A DNA stretch of 64,000 bases from Stegostoma tigrinum. Taxonomy: Eukaryota. The stretch is taken from the NCBI RefSeq assembly GCF_030684315.1, contig NC_081400.1, forward strand, positions 8,313,464-8,377,463, in the 5' to 3' direction. Positions 52,090 through 64,000 of the stretch are shown one piece after another; the stretch's first letter is position 1, and every line of letters starts with the position of its first letter. Made by a program: the position numbers and the translations under genes. The notes under the pieces were generated by a model. It did not search any database, was not told the origin of the DNA, and saw nothing but the letters and a program-made list of their open reading frames with translations.

Positions 52090-52913
52090 CAGCATTTTAC
52101 ACACTACAGCACAGAGGAACTACGAAGAGCAGAAGAAAATCACCTGTACAGCGTATTCAAACTGAACATGTACCCAATGAACACAGTCCCACGATTTCTC
52201 AGCAACAAACTCAAACAAACAGACAAAACGGGCCCAGAAACCATAACCGCTCTCCCCGACATGAAAGACATTTCCAAAATGACTGCCAGACTACTCAGAC
52301 TTCTTGGCATCAGGGTAGCCCACAAACACACCAACACACTAAAACAGCAGCTAATGAACTTAAAAGACCCTTCACAGACAACAAGCAAAATGAATGCCAT
52401 CTACAAAATACCTTGCAAGAACTGCAACAAACACTACATTGGACAAACAGGCAGAAAGCTAGCCACCACGATGCATGAACATCAATTAGCCACAAAGTGA
52501 TATGATCCACTGTCACTAGTATCCTTACATACAGATGAGGAAGGACACCACTTTGATTGGGACAACACATGCATCCTAGGACAAGCCAAACAGAGACACG
52601 CACGCGAATTCCCAGAAGCATGGCATTCCAACCGGAACTCCATCAACAAACACATTGATTTGGAGCCAATCTACCATCCACTGAGAAAAGGAACAGGAAA
52701 TGACATCACCAACGCAGGAAATGACATCACCAACCCAAGGAAGCCTAAACAGATAAATAGAAAGCGGGACATAACACCAGCGCTTCATCGGAGGCTCACT
52801 GATGATGTTACCTAGAATGGTGACGAAAACGTCTGAAAACTAACCTTCCAGCTCAGAGAGCAAACTCACATCCAAAACTCAACCTGAGCGACAAATCTTC
52901 TCCAAACTCGCTA
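52090..52913 (+). mobile_element. Penelope-like element 3' part (GIY-YIG), same family as 2010-3300
   Basis: NAIYKIPCKNCNKHYIGQTGRKLATTMHEH in ORF 52051..52500. Confidence 0.92.
52796..52836 (+). ncRNA. Minimal hammerhead ribozyme motif (one extra A in GAAA)
   Basis: uca-CUGAUGA-u-GUUACC-uagaau-GGUGAC-GAAAA-C-GUC-uga: helix I uca/uga and a 6-bp helix II. Confidence 0.6.
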
Positions 52914-52914
52914 A

Positions 52915-55600
52915 TACTTGATGAACTTCTGTCTATTTCTTGTGTGCACGACCATGTCACGTTCCTCATTTCCTGACGGCGACTGTAATTTTAAGCTATT
53001 AACATTCGCGGATATATTCAGATTCTTCTCTCGTCAAAGTTTTGTTTAAAAACTGCATTAATTTTTCATTTCTATCCTGTAATTCAGTTAATTTTCTGCA
53101 CTGAAAGTATCCAGTTCTTCTCCACCTATTCTTATTCTTTTTCTCAACTAGGAGATCAAACATTTTCTCTGAGAAATGAGCTTCAGTTATCTTCTCTTTA
53201 TTTTCTGGTTTCTCCTCCTGCTTCAACTTAGTTCCCACACATTCAGGAAGCAGCTCACGTTGTTCTTCCTGGGTCACCTGAGTTGTCTGATTTTCTGCTG
53301 GCACTTCAAACACATGAGGGATCATTCCCACCTGCAATCCCGCTATTTCATTACTAAGGATAAATTGAATTTCTGGAATTGCGATTTTCTCTATCAGGCC
53401 TATCACCACTTGACCACTTTCCCCCGGACTCCCAAAACTTACTTTATACAATGGAACACTAATATATTTTCCGCAAAATTGCACATATTACCCTTCTTTT
53501 TTTCTGATAGTTGCCCTTCTGAAATATCTATCTCCTCGTGTCTCAACATTAAATATTGATTTAATCCCGTGTCTCTTAAATTTTTAATTTGTATAATTAA
53601 TAAACATGCTCCTCCTGGCATCTATGAACAAGTAAATTTGTTGAAGAATTCTGACACGGTCCTCTCAACCAACCCGTTCTGTGGCACCCATTCTGGGGCA
53701 GCTTTTTTTTACATTTCACTGTGCTTTCCTCAACAGTGATAAACTCACTGGTTTATCCTGTTTTGCCACAAATGTATTCCAATTCTTTTCTTTTGTAAAA
53801 GCTATTAACACTGTGACTTCATGTGGCCTACTACATTGCAGTGAAAAGAAGTGATTGTTTTTACTTATCTTTCCCCTAATGGGTTTACATTTTATGCTTT
53901 GATATCTTTATCCTCGTCAGGATATCCTTCAACCTGATTCCAGATTTCTCTTTTTCACAATTCCTAACTATCACAGACTGAATTTGATGTCGGAGGTGAA
54001 AATTGATTTGTGAGCCAACTCATAACCAACTGCTCCAAATCTTGCAGTTTTAACCCTCTGCTCTTCCCCATGACTTCTCGATAGTTGAGAATGTGAGTTT
54101 TTGAACACCGACAAACTAGACGTCTTTCCAAGATGTTGGTCTATTTTAAAGTCCTTTATCTATCTCTCAAAATTAGTTTGCTCCTTTCAAACTCAATGTA
54201 CATTGGATGAGGGTCCCTCCTTAGATTCCTGAAACATTGTCTTTTGGTGCCTGGTCATAGCTCATATGCACTGAAGATGACATTTTTCAACTTGTGACGC
54301 TCAGCAAATGCCTCCTCTGGTAGAGATGCAAATACTTCAACACCTCTACCTATCAGACTTGTTTGGTCATTGCATGGCCACTGGCAATCTTATTGGTTTA
54401 GCTCCTTTGTCAACTGAAACACAAAAGCTCCTATATCCTTCCTGTCAAATGTAGGCAATGGTTTCACATATTTAAACAAATCTACATCGGACTTTTGGCT
54501 ATGATAAGATTGGTCATCATCACTATCCTTCTCACTAAACCTACCTTCTAACAGCTCTTCCACCCTTTTGAATTGACTATCTTTCCCAACTGACTTCTGA
54601 CTTTCAATCACTCCTACTTTTTGCATTTCATCTGCTTGGGTCTTTGTTTTTTTTTTCTCCTTCTCCTGCCTTCATTAGTAATTCAAAAGGTTTCATTTCA
54701 TTACTCTTTCTTTTTGTTCAGCTGTGGGTATTCTTTCCCTACATTTTTGTTCTGCAGGGGCTATTACTTCCCGTGCAATTGTATCTCATTCAATTTGCTT
54801 CATTTGCAATTGAATTATCGCCATTTCCAATCACTCCAATAGCATTCTTGGCAATTGCAATTTCCACGTATTTGCCACAATTATTTCCCTTTTTTCTCAC
54901 TGACATAGGCAACTCAACTCCATTTTTCTGTTGCCAAGTACAAAAGGTTTTCCTTACTCACTTTTTGTAAAACTTCACAAGTAACTCACTCAACCCTCAG
55001 GAACGTTTCATTGACTGAGCTATTGCTACAAAAAGTACAAACTCATTAACCCAACTGCATTCAACAACTGAGACAAAAAAAAAGCACTCGATGCCTTTGA
55101 GTGCAATAACTCTAAATCCTAATTTCAATTTGAGATTTTGATCCCAACAAGCGCTTTCAATTTCTTAAGTGCCAGACAAAACCCCTTCAAACTATTCAGA
55201 AGATGGTATAGATGCTAACTTGGTCTTATTTCCAATGTAATATATTGCATTCCAGATGAAATTCAAATTGTCAAATGTTCCAGATTCAAAACAAAATACA
55301 TTTTATCTGTCTTTAATGACTTCAGCAATGTAACCCTATTTGAAAACTGAACAGGATAATAGATGCAATGGCTATGAAGATTTCCCTGACCACTGCCTTA
55401 AAACCCCTCTTCAAAATACCCAGTACAAAATAACCTGTGGAACCCTCAGCCTCAACACAGTAAGTAATTGACACTCCCCAACTGAGCTTTTCTTTTGTAT
55501 ACAGATGTAACTCAGATGTTGTATAAAGGTCAAAATTTGTGGAAGAATGCTTCTCATAGAGACAGAATCTGCAACTCACTGCCTATACTCCTGATAACGG
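52915..55600 (-). mobile_element. Gypsy/Gmr1-like remnant (LTR fragment, gag, protease)
   Basis: Gag-like LFKYVKPLPTFDRKDIGAF in ORF 54390..54626; ORF 52999..53484 (IPEIQFILSNEIAGLQVG) is homologous to the protease region at 36925-37110. Confidence 0.7.
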
Positions 55601-55828
55601 GAGCTTTCCTCAACACCACTGAAGACTATTTCAATGCATGAACAAGGCATACAAGGATATGGGCCACGATCAGGACAAGTAATCTGAGGTGATTGGTTTT
55701 GTCTGGTCACATTTCAATGGACTTTCCACTGCTTGTCAGAACAGCATAACCACTATGAGTCCATCACTACTGTCACTAAGTATAGTATCTATCCATCACA
55801 TGATCAAGATAATAGGTCTGCACATCAT

Positions 55829-58800
55829 TGAACTGTGAAACTCTCAATTCAACCCTCGACTGATCAGTCACTTGTTAAAAGTTATAGTTATCGATCTGAT
55901 AGCATTCTTTACTCGAAGGAGTTCCCCTTATTATTTACAACACTATCATTTTTCATGCCAGCTGCAAGCGCAGTTATCATACTTCTTGCATTCAGTCTAT
56001 GTCATTAATGTGTTCATCGCGCACCAAATCCTCTAACTCTCCAGTGAATGCAGGCTTCCTGTCACAAGAACACCCATCGACTATCACCCAATGCATCCTG
56101 CCTAATTAAGTCTGATAAGGATTCAATTGCCAAATTCCCCAATATCCTAGCATCTCTTAACAACTTTCCAGTCTGCCCAATTCTTGTTAATGGTCATCAC
56201 TGAAGTCTATGTATTCTATATCATCTGCATTTCCCTCATGTACGCAGCTGGTCACCTCACCAAAAAAAAAACAATGAATGTTGTAGACAGTAGTCCGTTT
56301 ATCAAATCCATGTTACTTTATTCTTGCCTGCCCCACAGAAGATTAATTATGCTCCCCTGATGCTTCCCAATATCCGCTTTCAACCATTTTAAAACTGCAA
56401 ATATCTGTTTTCCTTTAATATACTTTCTTCAAGTATCCTGCAGTCCCCTTCATGATTCATTTGCCTACATTATTCTTTTCTACAGTGAAACCAATGCAAA
56501 CATTTTATTTGAAAATCCATCTCTATCTTCTGACTCCAAACACATTCTGACACTTTCGTTACTAATGGTCAATATGATGTGCCTGGCAGCATTTTCAAGT
56601 ATTTATGAATCGCACTTAAATTTTCCGTAAAGTTAGCCATTCGTATTTTTTTAAAATTTCTACTCTTTTGTCTTAAAGCAAACTGTTTCACGTCATATAC
56701 TTCTCTATGTCGTAGACTATTTTGAGCCGATTTACAACAAGCTTCTTTTTCCCGTATTTAATCCTGCACATCCCTTGACATTCAGGGTTCTTAACCTTAT
56801 TGTTTCCACTGTTCACCTTTGTATGAAAACGTTGAGGCCACATTTTCACTATTGTTCTATGTTACAAGATCCCACGTTATCATGTTAAAATTGGCATTCC
56901 AAAATTCATAACCTTTATCTATGACTACCTTAAGTCTGATTGTGTTCTGGTCATGATCACTGAAATTGACCCCTCCTGTCATGTCTGAAGCTTGACCAGC
57001 TTTCTTGGCTAAAATGGGTCCAAGGCCAATCCGTCTATCGTTGATGTTCTATATGCTCTCTTCAAAAACATTTCTCCTGCATGCATTTCAAGAATTATGA
57101 AATGCATAAAATCCAATGACATGCTTTTCATCCTAATTAATATTGAGGAATTTGGAATCTTCTATTTTTACTATCAATTATTATTACACACCCCTGAGCT
57201 ATGCCTGCATATCTGTCACTCTATTTTTAAGGTCTATCCACATATTTAAAACCTTTTAACATATCAAACTTCGATTCTTCAGGAAGTGACACTTTGAGCA
57301 AGAGTGGAACAAAATCTTCTTTTCGACACACATCCTTGTCTTCCAAAGGCATCTCGACTGAAGACCTCAGTGCCCGAAATATGTTGTAGAATCAGAGCAA
57401 GGACGTGAATTTTATAAAACTTAACCTCAGCTTTCTACCTTTGATTATCTTCAAACTCTAAAGACTGGGCATTCTCTTCGTAAACCATTGCAACAGAGAA
57501 ATGCCTATAGTCTCATTATCAATAATGTTTTAAGCAGAGTATGTTAAAAAAATTGAATTCCACAGCTGCTGAGTGGTAATGCTCATTGTACTTGCAGTTC
57601 TGGCGCTGAAAAATAAATTGGTTTCTATGTGTGTTTTTTTTAAAAAAGAGGATAGATAATGATGTAACATATAACATAATGGGAAATGTTTCGGGACAAG
57701 TACAATGTAGCTTCCTCGCTGTCCTGGATTACAAGAGTCATCAGGAGCTGTTGCAATCCTTCAACATGTGGAGAGATGCAGCAGTGAGTATCATAAAGCA
57801 AATTGTGTTTGAAGGAATGACTGAAAGGATGGGTGCACGTGATTGGAAGAGTGATAACTGAATTGCATTTGGATACTGGATCGCAGTCAGGAGTAAAAGG
57901 ATGACTGGATATCTATCTAGAAGACAGTAAACTCAGCAGATGCTGGAGTCAGAGATAGCGCAGTCTGGAGCTGTAGGAACACAGCAGGCCAGGCAGCATG
58001 AGACGAGCAGGAAAGATGTTTTGTTGTTCTGGGTGTCACACTGTGCACAAAACGCTTTACCCTACATGAATTTCCAGGAGAAAGTACTCTTTTGCCATTG
58101 ATTTTTTGCCCTTTGGATATTTACGAGACTGTGCATGTGCAATTCTTCATGACTGAAAATGTATGTACAGAAAAAGAAGAAATAAAGAAGGTCTCCAATT
58201 CGAAACGTGGACTTCCAAGCTTCACTTGTACTGTCTGACCTTCTGCGTTCCTCCAGCTCCACACTGTGTTCTTTCTGTCTGTCCATCGATATATCTATCA
58301 ACCTACGTACATACCTAGCTACCTCCCCACCTACCTACCCACTTATTTACCTTCACACCAGTTGCAGTTCCCATTAAATCATTTTGTCGATCTTGCTTGT
58401 TTTCAATTGCCAAAGTGTCTTATTCATTTTCAGTGCATAGTCACTCCATGAAAGAATAAGAACTATTTAATTCTATCCATAATCTCCCTCCATTAGAAAA
58501 TGGACGTGGATCTCAGAACCTAATGTGAGCATTCTCATAATTGTCGATTGTAGTGTGAATGAATATCCTCAATTCCTTACACGAATGATTTTCATTCTCC
58601 AGATAAATTTCTCTTTTCCTTTCTTTTATCTATTTCCTTACACACGCTGAAAGCATCAAATCATGAGAGCTAGATCTTTTGATGTTAAATTTTAAATTTA
58701 GCCTTCACCTTTCACATGTCTGACATGTCAGTTTGTGGCAAAAAGAATGGCTTCAGCATTCACCTTCATGTTGTGCTTGAACACTGTTTCTTTTGCAGTG

Positions 58801-61800
58801 CCTGAAGTCAAAAAGTTTGCTCTCCATGTAATCCTTCCACCAGCCTGCCAAATCTGACTTCATATTTTTTAAAGTTACCTTGGAAGGAAATCTTCCCTTC
58901 ATTTTAATAGCTCTGCCAGATCTGTCTTCCACCAATAAAGCTCAATGATCTGGATGTTAGTCATTGTTACTTCCATATGCAATGATACAATCAACTGTCC
59001 CACTTACAGTAATAACGCTAATTTAATTTCTTATTCTCCTGACGCAAATTCGCAACCTACTGTCCATCATCACTGATGTACCTTGAATGCTCTCATTCAG
59101 TCACAGCTCTGATACTTCTGACAGCCCTCTTATCTAATAAGGCATACATCTCCCCTTGTTCCTTTCCTTTCCTTGCACCATACATTGATATTCATTATTT
59201 AAGCTTATTTTTAACACTTAGCCACATATTATAAGAATGTTTTCCTATTCCGGATGTCACACTATGCACAGGATGCTTCACCTTACCCGAATTTCTGGAA
59301 TTTTTTTTTTACATTTGTGTTTGCTTTTATGATTTTTTGGATATTTATTTGACTGGGCATGTGCAATTCTCAGTAACTGCAAATTAGGTTCAGAATTTAT
59401 TGTTCATTTATTTTTCTAAGTTTTCATGGATAAAAATACTAAAATATGTGTATTTAAAGCTGTAGTTGATGGATACATTGGTCAAGTCTGACTTAGCCAA
59501 GGCATTTAATTTGCCATCATGGTAACTGCAAAATAATATTTGACCCGTGGAGCAGATGACTAAAGGGATGGGCATTGCTCCAGCTTCAGAGAAAACAACT
59601 TACAAATATTACACTAATCCTTACCTATTCATCGTCTTTCAATGGTTGGGAACCAAATGCTGAAGCAGGGAAAAGCACATCTCCTTCCAGGTTCTTTATC
59701 GACCCCAACCCTGTGTTGACAAGTTCACACAGAAAAACAAGTTTCACTTGCTCATGATCCCTATGATCAGCTCTGTCCCCATCAGGAACTAATTATTAAT
59801 TAAACGTTGTTTGCTGAATTTTCCATGCCACTCTAGGCTCCATCTTCACATTTCATAATAATGAATATCCTCTGTTAATATTCTGGTCAGAGAGACATCG
59901 AGTTGTACACCACGAAAAAAAACCCTACGATCCAGCTGTCCATGCAGACCAGGTGTCAGAAATGAATCCAATCCCATTTGCTAGCATTTGGTCCACATCC
60001 CTCCGAACTAGTCCCATCCATGTAGCCATCCATATACTTGTTAATTACTTCAATTGTACCAGCTTCCACCACTTCTTCTAACACCTCATTCCATGTGTGG
60101 GAAGGCGGTGCCTAGTGGTATTGTCATTGGTCTATCAATCCTGGGACCTGAATTCCAGGTTCTGAATTTGAAGCCCACCACAGCTGACGGTAGAATTTGA
60201 AATTCAATAAAAATGTATGGAATTAAAAGCCTCATGATGACAATGAGCCGATTGTCAGGGGAAAAGCCCACGCACTAATGCCCTTTAGGAAAGGAAACCT
60301 CTGTCATTATCTCATCTGACCTACATGTGGCAGCAATATGGTTGACTCTGAACTGCCCTCTGGGCAATTAGGGATGGGAAATGATTGCTGCCCCGCCAGC
60401 AAAACCCTTGTCCCAGTAAGAAATAATAAAAGCAAAACGAGCAGCATCTGTGAGAAAACATTCCCCCTCAGTCCCTTTTATACCTTGCTGTTTCTACCAT
60501 AAACCTATGCCCTCTTATTTTTGTTCACCCTATGCAGGGGTCAAATACCTTGACTATTCACCACATCTATGCCCGTCATGAATATATTTTAAAAATTATA
60601 AGGTCACTCCTCAACCTCCAACGTGCGAGTGGAAGTAACCCCAGTCTATACAGCGTCTCCCTACAACTCAAACTCTTGAACTCTGACAAGATCTTTGAGA
60701 ATATTTTCTGCGCAATATCAAGTTGAATGACATCCTTCCTGCGGCAGTGAGACAAGATGTGTTCGCAGCACATCTGGTTCCTGAGACATTGACATGGACT
60801 GGAGACGAGGGTGCTGGACCACAGGCCGGTATTGCTCGAAAAAAATCCATAATCAGGTTCTGGAACAGTGAAACAGAGAAAACTAATTAGAATTTTAAGG
60901 AGTCACTTGAAGGAGGAATGCAGAAGCCATTTAAGAATCGTTACACTGGAGGGCAGCAGATATAATGGGCAGGGAACATGATTGCGCTGAAGGCCATAAT
61001 ACTGCTGCTGAATTTATAGTTTTGTCACGAATAGTTCTGTTCACCAGACCACAGTACCAAAAAGATATAGGAGCAGAATGTGGGGACTCAGCTCATCGAA
61101 TCTGCACGATCATTTGATCATGTTTCTCAAACCCATTCTCCTGCATTTTCCCGATAAACCTTGACCCCATCACCAACATCTCTGTCTTAAGTGTGCTCAA
61201 TAATTTAGCCTCTACAGGACTCGATTGGAAATATTACTGCTTGCCGTTTTATTTCCTGAGAGGAGGTCAAATCATTTCCTGACGAAGAGAGTAAAATTGC
61301 GATTCTTGGGCCTGAGTGATTTTTCTTTCTGGAAATTTATGTCAAATGTACAGTGTTTCGCGCCACATACTGACCCATTGAGGAAGTGCAGGAAATGAGA
61401 GAAAACGCATCAATGTATGAAAGCATTTGACAGCCTGGAAACTGTGTTGAGCATCGCTCTGGCTTGACCAACACCCAATCACATGCATCTGTTCAGGGTG
61501 ATTATTAATGCAAGTCAGTGAGTGAACAGAAACAACATATTCGGTATTGTTCCATCAGCGTGAATGGAAATGATGAAGCGTTGAGAGCTTGAGTTTGGAA
61601 TTGACGTCGCTACATTTCAACAATCATTTCTGAGAGGAAGGTGTCTACTCATCTTAAACCCTTGACAGTTCTTTTATTTTTCTTTTTATTCAGTAAATTA
61701 AAGGAGAAAAATACCAAATGATTTTAATAGAGTCTATTGTTCCATAGATTCACTTTGCAAATTAGACGTTTGGCAAGACTGGAGACTGTAATCCCCAATG

Positions 61801-64000
61801 TGTTTCATAAACAGTGCTGGAGAAGAATGGAGGTGAATGTTTGCAAGCTAGAGTCAATATATTTCACAAGTCATGACGCTGGGAAGTTGTTTCTGTTTGG
61901 CGGGAAGACTCAGACCCGTGGCACAGCCTTAGAACTAGAGGGGGTAAATTTAAAACGGAAATGAGGAGACATTTCTTCAGCCAGAGAGAGGGAGGCCTGT
62001 GGAATTTTTTGCCACAGAGCGCAGTGAGGCCGGGACGTTAAATGTCTTCAAAGCAGACATTAATAAATTCTATATCTCACAAGGAATCAAGGGCTATGGA
62101 GAGAGTGCAGGGAAGTGGAGTTGAAATGTCTATCAGCCATGATTAAATGGCAGGGTGGACTCGAAGGGCCGAATGGCCTTACTTCCACTCCTATGTTTTA
62201 TGGTCTTAATGTAGAACACTACCAGCGTGAGATTAAACACCTTGAAACTGGAGCTGTCTTTATTCATTGGTAAATCTTTTCTTAAGGCGGGTGTGTGATG
62301 ACACTTTGCCTTTGTAGATTTGTTTCTATCCTGCTTCTCTTCTAGAGGGGTGTTGTCACATTGGTGTCAACATGTCTCATTCATACATGCAGTTGGTTAA
62401 CATCTTTGAGTTCTCCCTGTGTGGTTTTTTTTGAAATTGTGATGAAACGTAAGATAAAACAATCACAAAAAGTTGGAGTCAGGATCAGAGAGTCGGAAAA
62501 GGACTTTAGCTTTGCTTTCTGTTGTTCGAGTAGATTTTTACTGGCTGCTGGAGCTAAAAGCTTCAGTTCTGTGCTGCTGGATTAACGTCTTAGACAGAGG
62601 GGTTTACTTTTAAGATTAAACAAAATGGATTTTATTTCTAAACGGTGTTAATTTCTATTGGATTGGAGGCAGACAGCACGTGGGAATAATAAGTGTTTTG
62701 CTGAATTGTGTTTGTCAACAGTGTGTTTGTGACATGCCGTCTGCTTTGGAACTGTTGTGGATTAATGATTAAATAATTCATTATTTTCGAAGAATTTAAT
62801 CGATTATAGCAATGCCAAATCTTCCTCCCGCTGTATTTTCATTGTTTCATTGCAATAACATGTACTCTGATTAAGGTTTAGCAATCATCCAACTGAATCT
62901 TATCTTTAACAGCACTTCATATGTGCCTGTCAAAAAATTCAATGTTAGGGTGTTGGCTATTTCCATGATATACTTGGGCAGATTAGCTATGGGAAGTGCA
63001 GGCTTGTTTGGATAGGTTGGGGAGTTCGATCTAAGTGTGCTGTTCTCCAAAATGGACTCGATAGGCCTAATAGAGTTCCTCCACACTGAAAGTTACTACT
63101 CATGAGATAATGCTAATAATTGGTGAAGTAAGAAAATCGAAGAAAATGAAGTTAGTCAACTGATTAAGAAAATCAATTTATTGACAGATCTGGCTGCGGT
63201 GATGACATTCGGTTAATATGAATCTGCAGTGAATACTTGAAATGGAGTTGGTAATTATTGCAAGCAAAGAGACATTTAAAGTTGGCCTGACACAAATTAG
63301 TTTTCAGCATTTTCTCTTCACATGTCATTGAATTAAAAACTTTGACATATGCAACATGTGCAATGTTTGTAGATTCTAGTTTGTAACATTCAAAATAGTG
63401 GTGCACACCATAAGCCAGTAATTGTAACTATTTGTCTTTGTGAAAGAGGTGTCTTATTTTAAATTCTGCACTTGTGCGATTTTATTTGCTAAATTAAGAT
63501 GAAGAATTCTGGTCTAGTTTGCTACATTTAAACTCCAATAAATTAGCGATTTAGTTTGACTTGATTTATTGTTGTCAAATGTACCAAGATACAGTGATGG
63601 TACAAAGTGCATCAGACAGCAATACAGAGTGCACAATGCAGTGTTACAGTTGCAGGCAGAGGGAGCTCAACATTGACATTTGAGAATGCCAGTTAAAAGT
63701 TTGAAAAGGGAAGAAGCTATTCTTCAATCTGATCATAAGTGTATTCAAACTTTTGTATCTTCTGCTTAATGGAATAAGGTACAACCAGGCTGAGAGGTTA
63801 CTTTATTATGTTGGTACCTTTCCCATGGCAGCAGAAAATTTTGATGGAGTCAATCGATGCAAGGCTACATTGCATGATGGATGGGGCTGTGTACATGCCT
63901 CTGTATGTTCTTGTGGTTTTAGGAAGAGCAGTTGTCACACCATGCTATGACATATCCAGACAATATGCTTTCTATGGTGCAAATGGAAACATTAATAAGA
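55829..64000. repeat. Segmental duplication, copy B, running off the window end
   Basis: Matches 6777-15390; lacks A:9823-10249. Confidence 0.97.

Noticed and set aside
1-64000. CRISPR arrays, prokaryotic operons, tRNA or rRNA genes
   Set aside because: This is vertebrate DNA. No regularly spaced repeat-spacer array was seen, and the tRNA-like boxes are SINE heads.

Overview
Eukaryotic genomic DNA from a cartilaginous fish. The repeat families (HE1-like SINEs, CR1 LINEs, Penelope-like elements, Gmr1-type LTR elements) point to a shark, probably a carpet shark. Most of the window is degraded transposable elements, and most listed ORFs are TE fragments or noise. The one well-supported host gene is on the minus strand at about 23.9-27.6 kb. 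It has a leader exon, a germline-joined VJ-type Ig V exon (FGxG motif, no RSS), an 87-nt intron, a C1-set exon, an uncharged TM exon and at least one cytoplasmic exon, all with canonical GT-AG sites in matching phase. It reads as a non-rearranging, antigen-receptor-like membrane protein. A segment of about 8.6 kb (6.8-15.4 kb) recurs about 49 kb downstream (55.8 kb to the window end), suggesting a tandem array that may include the gene. Penelope termini carry minimal hammerhead ribozyme motifs. TE boundaries are approximate; exon boundaries were read base by base.
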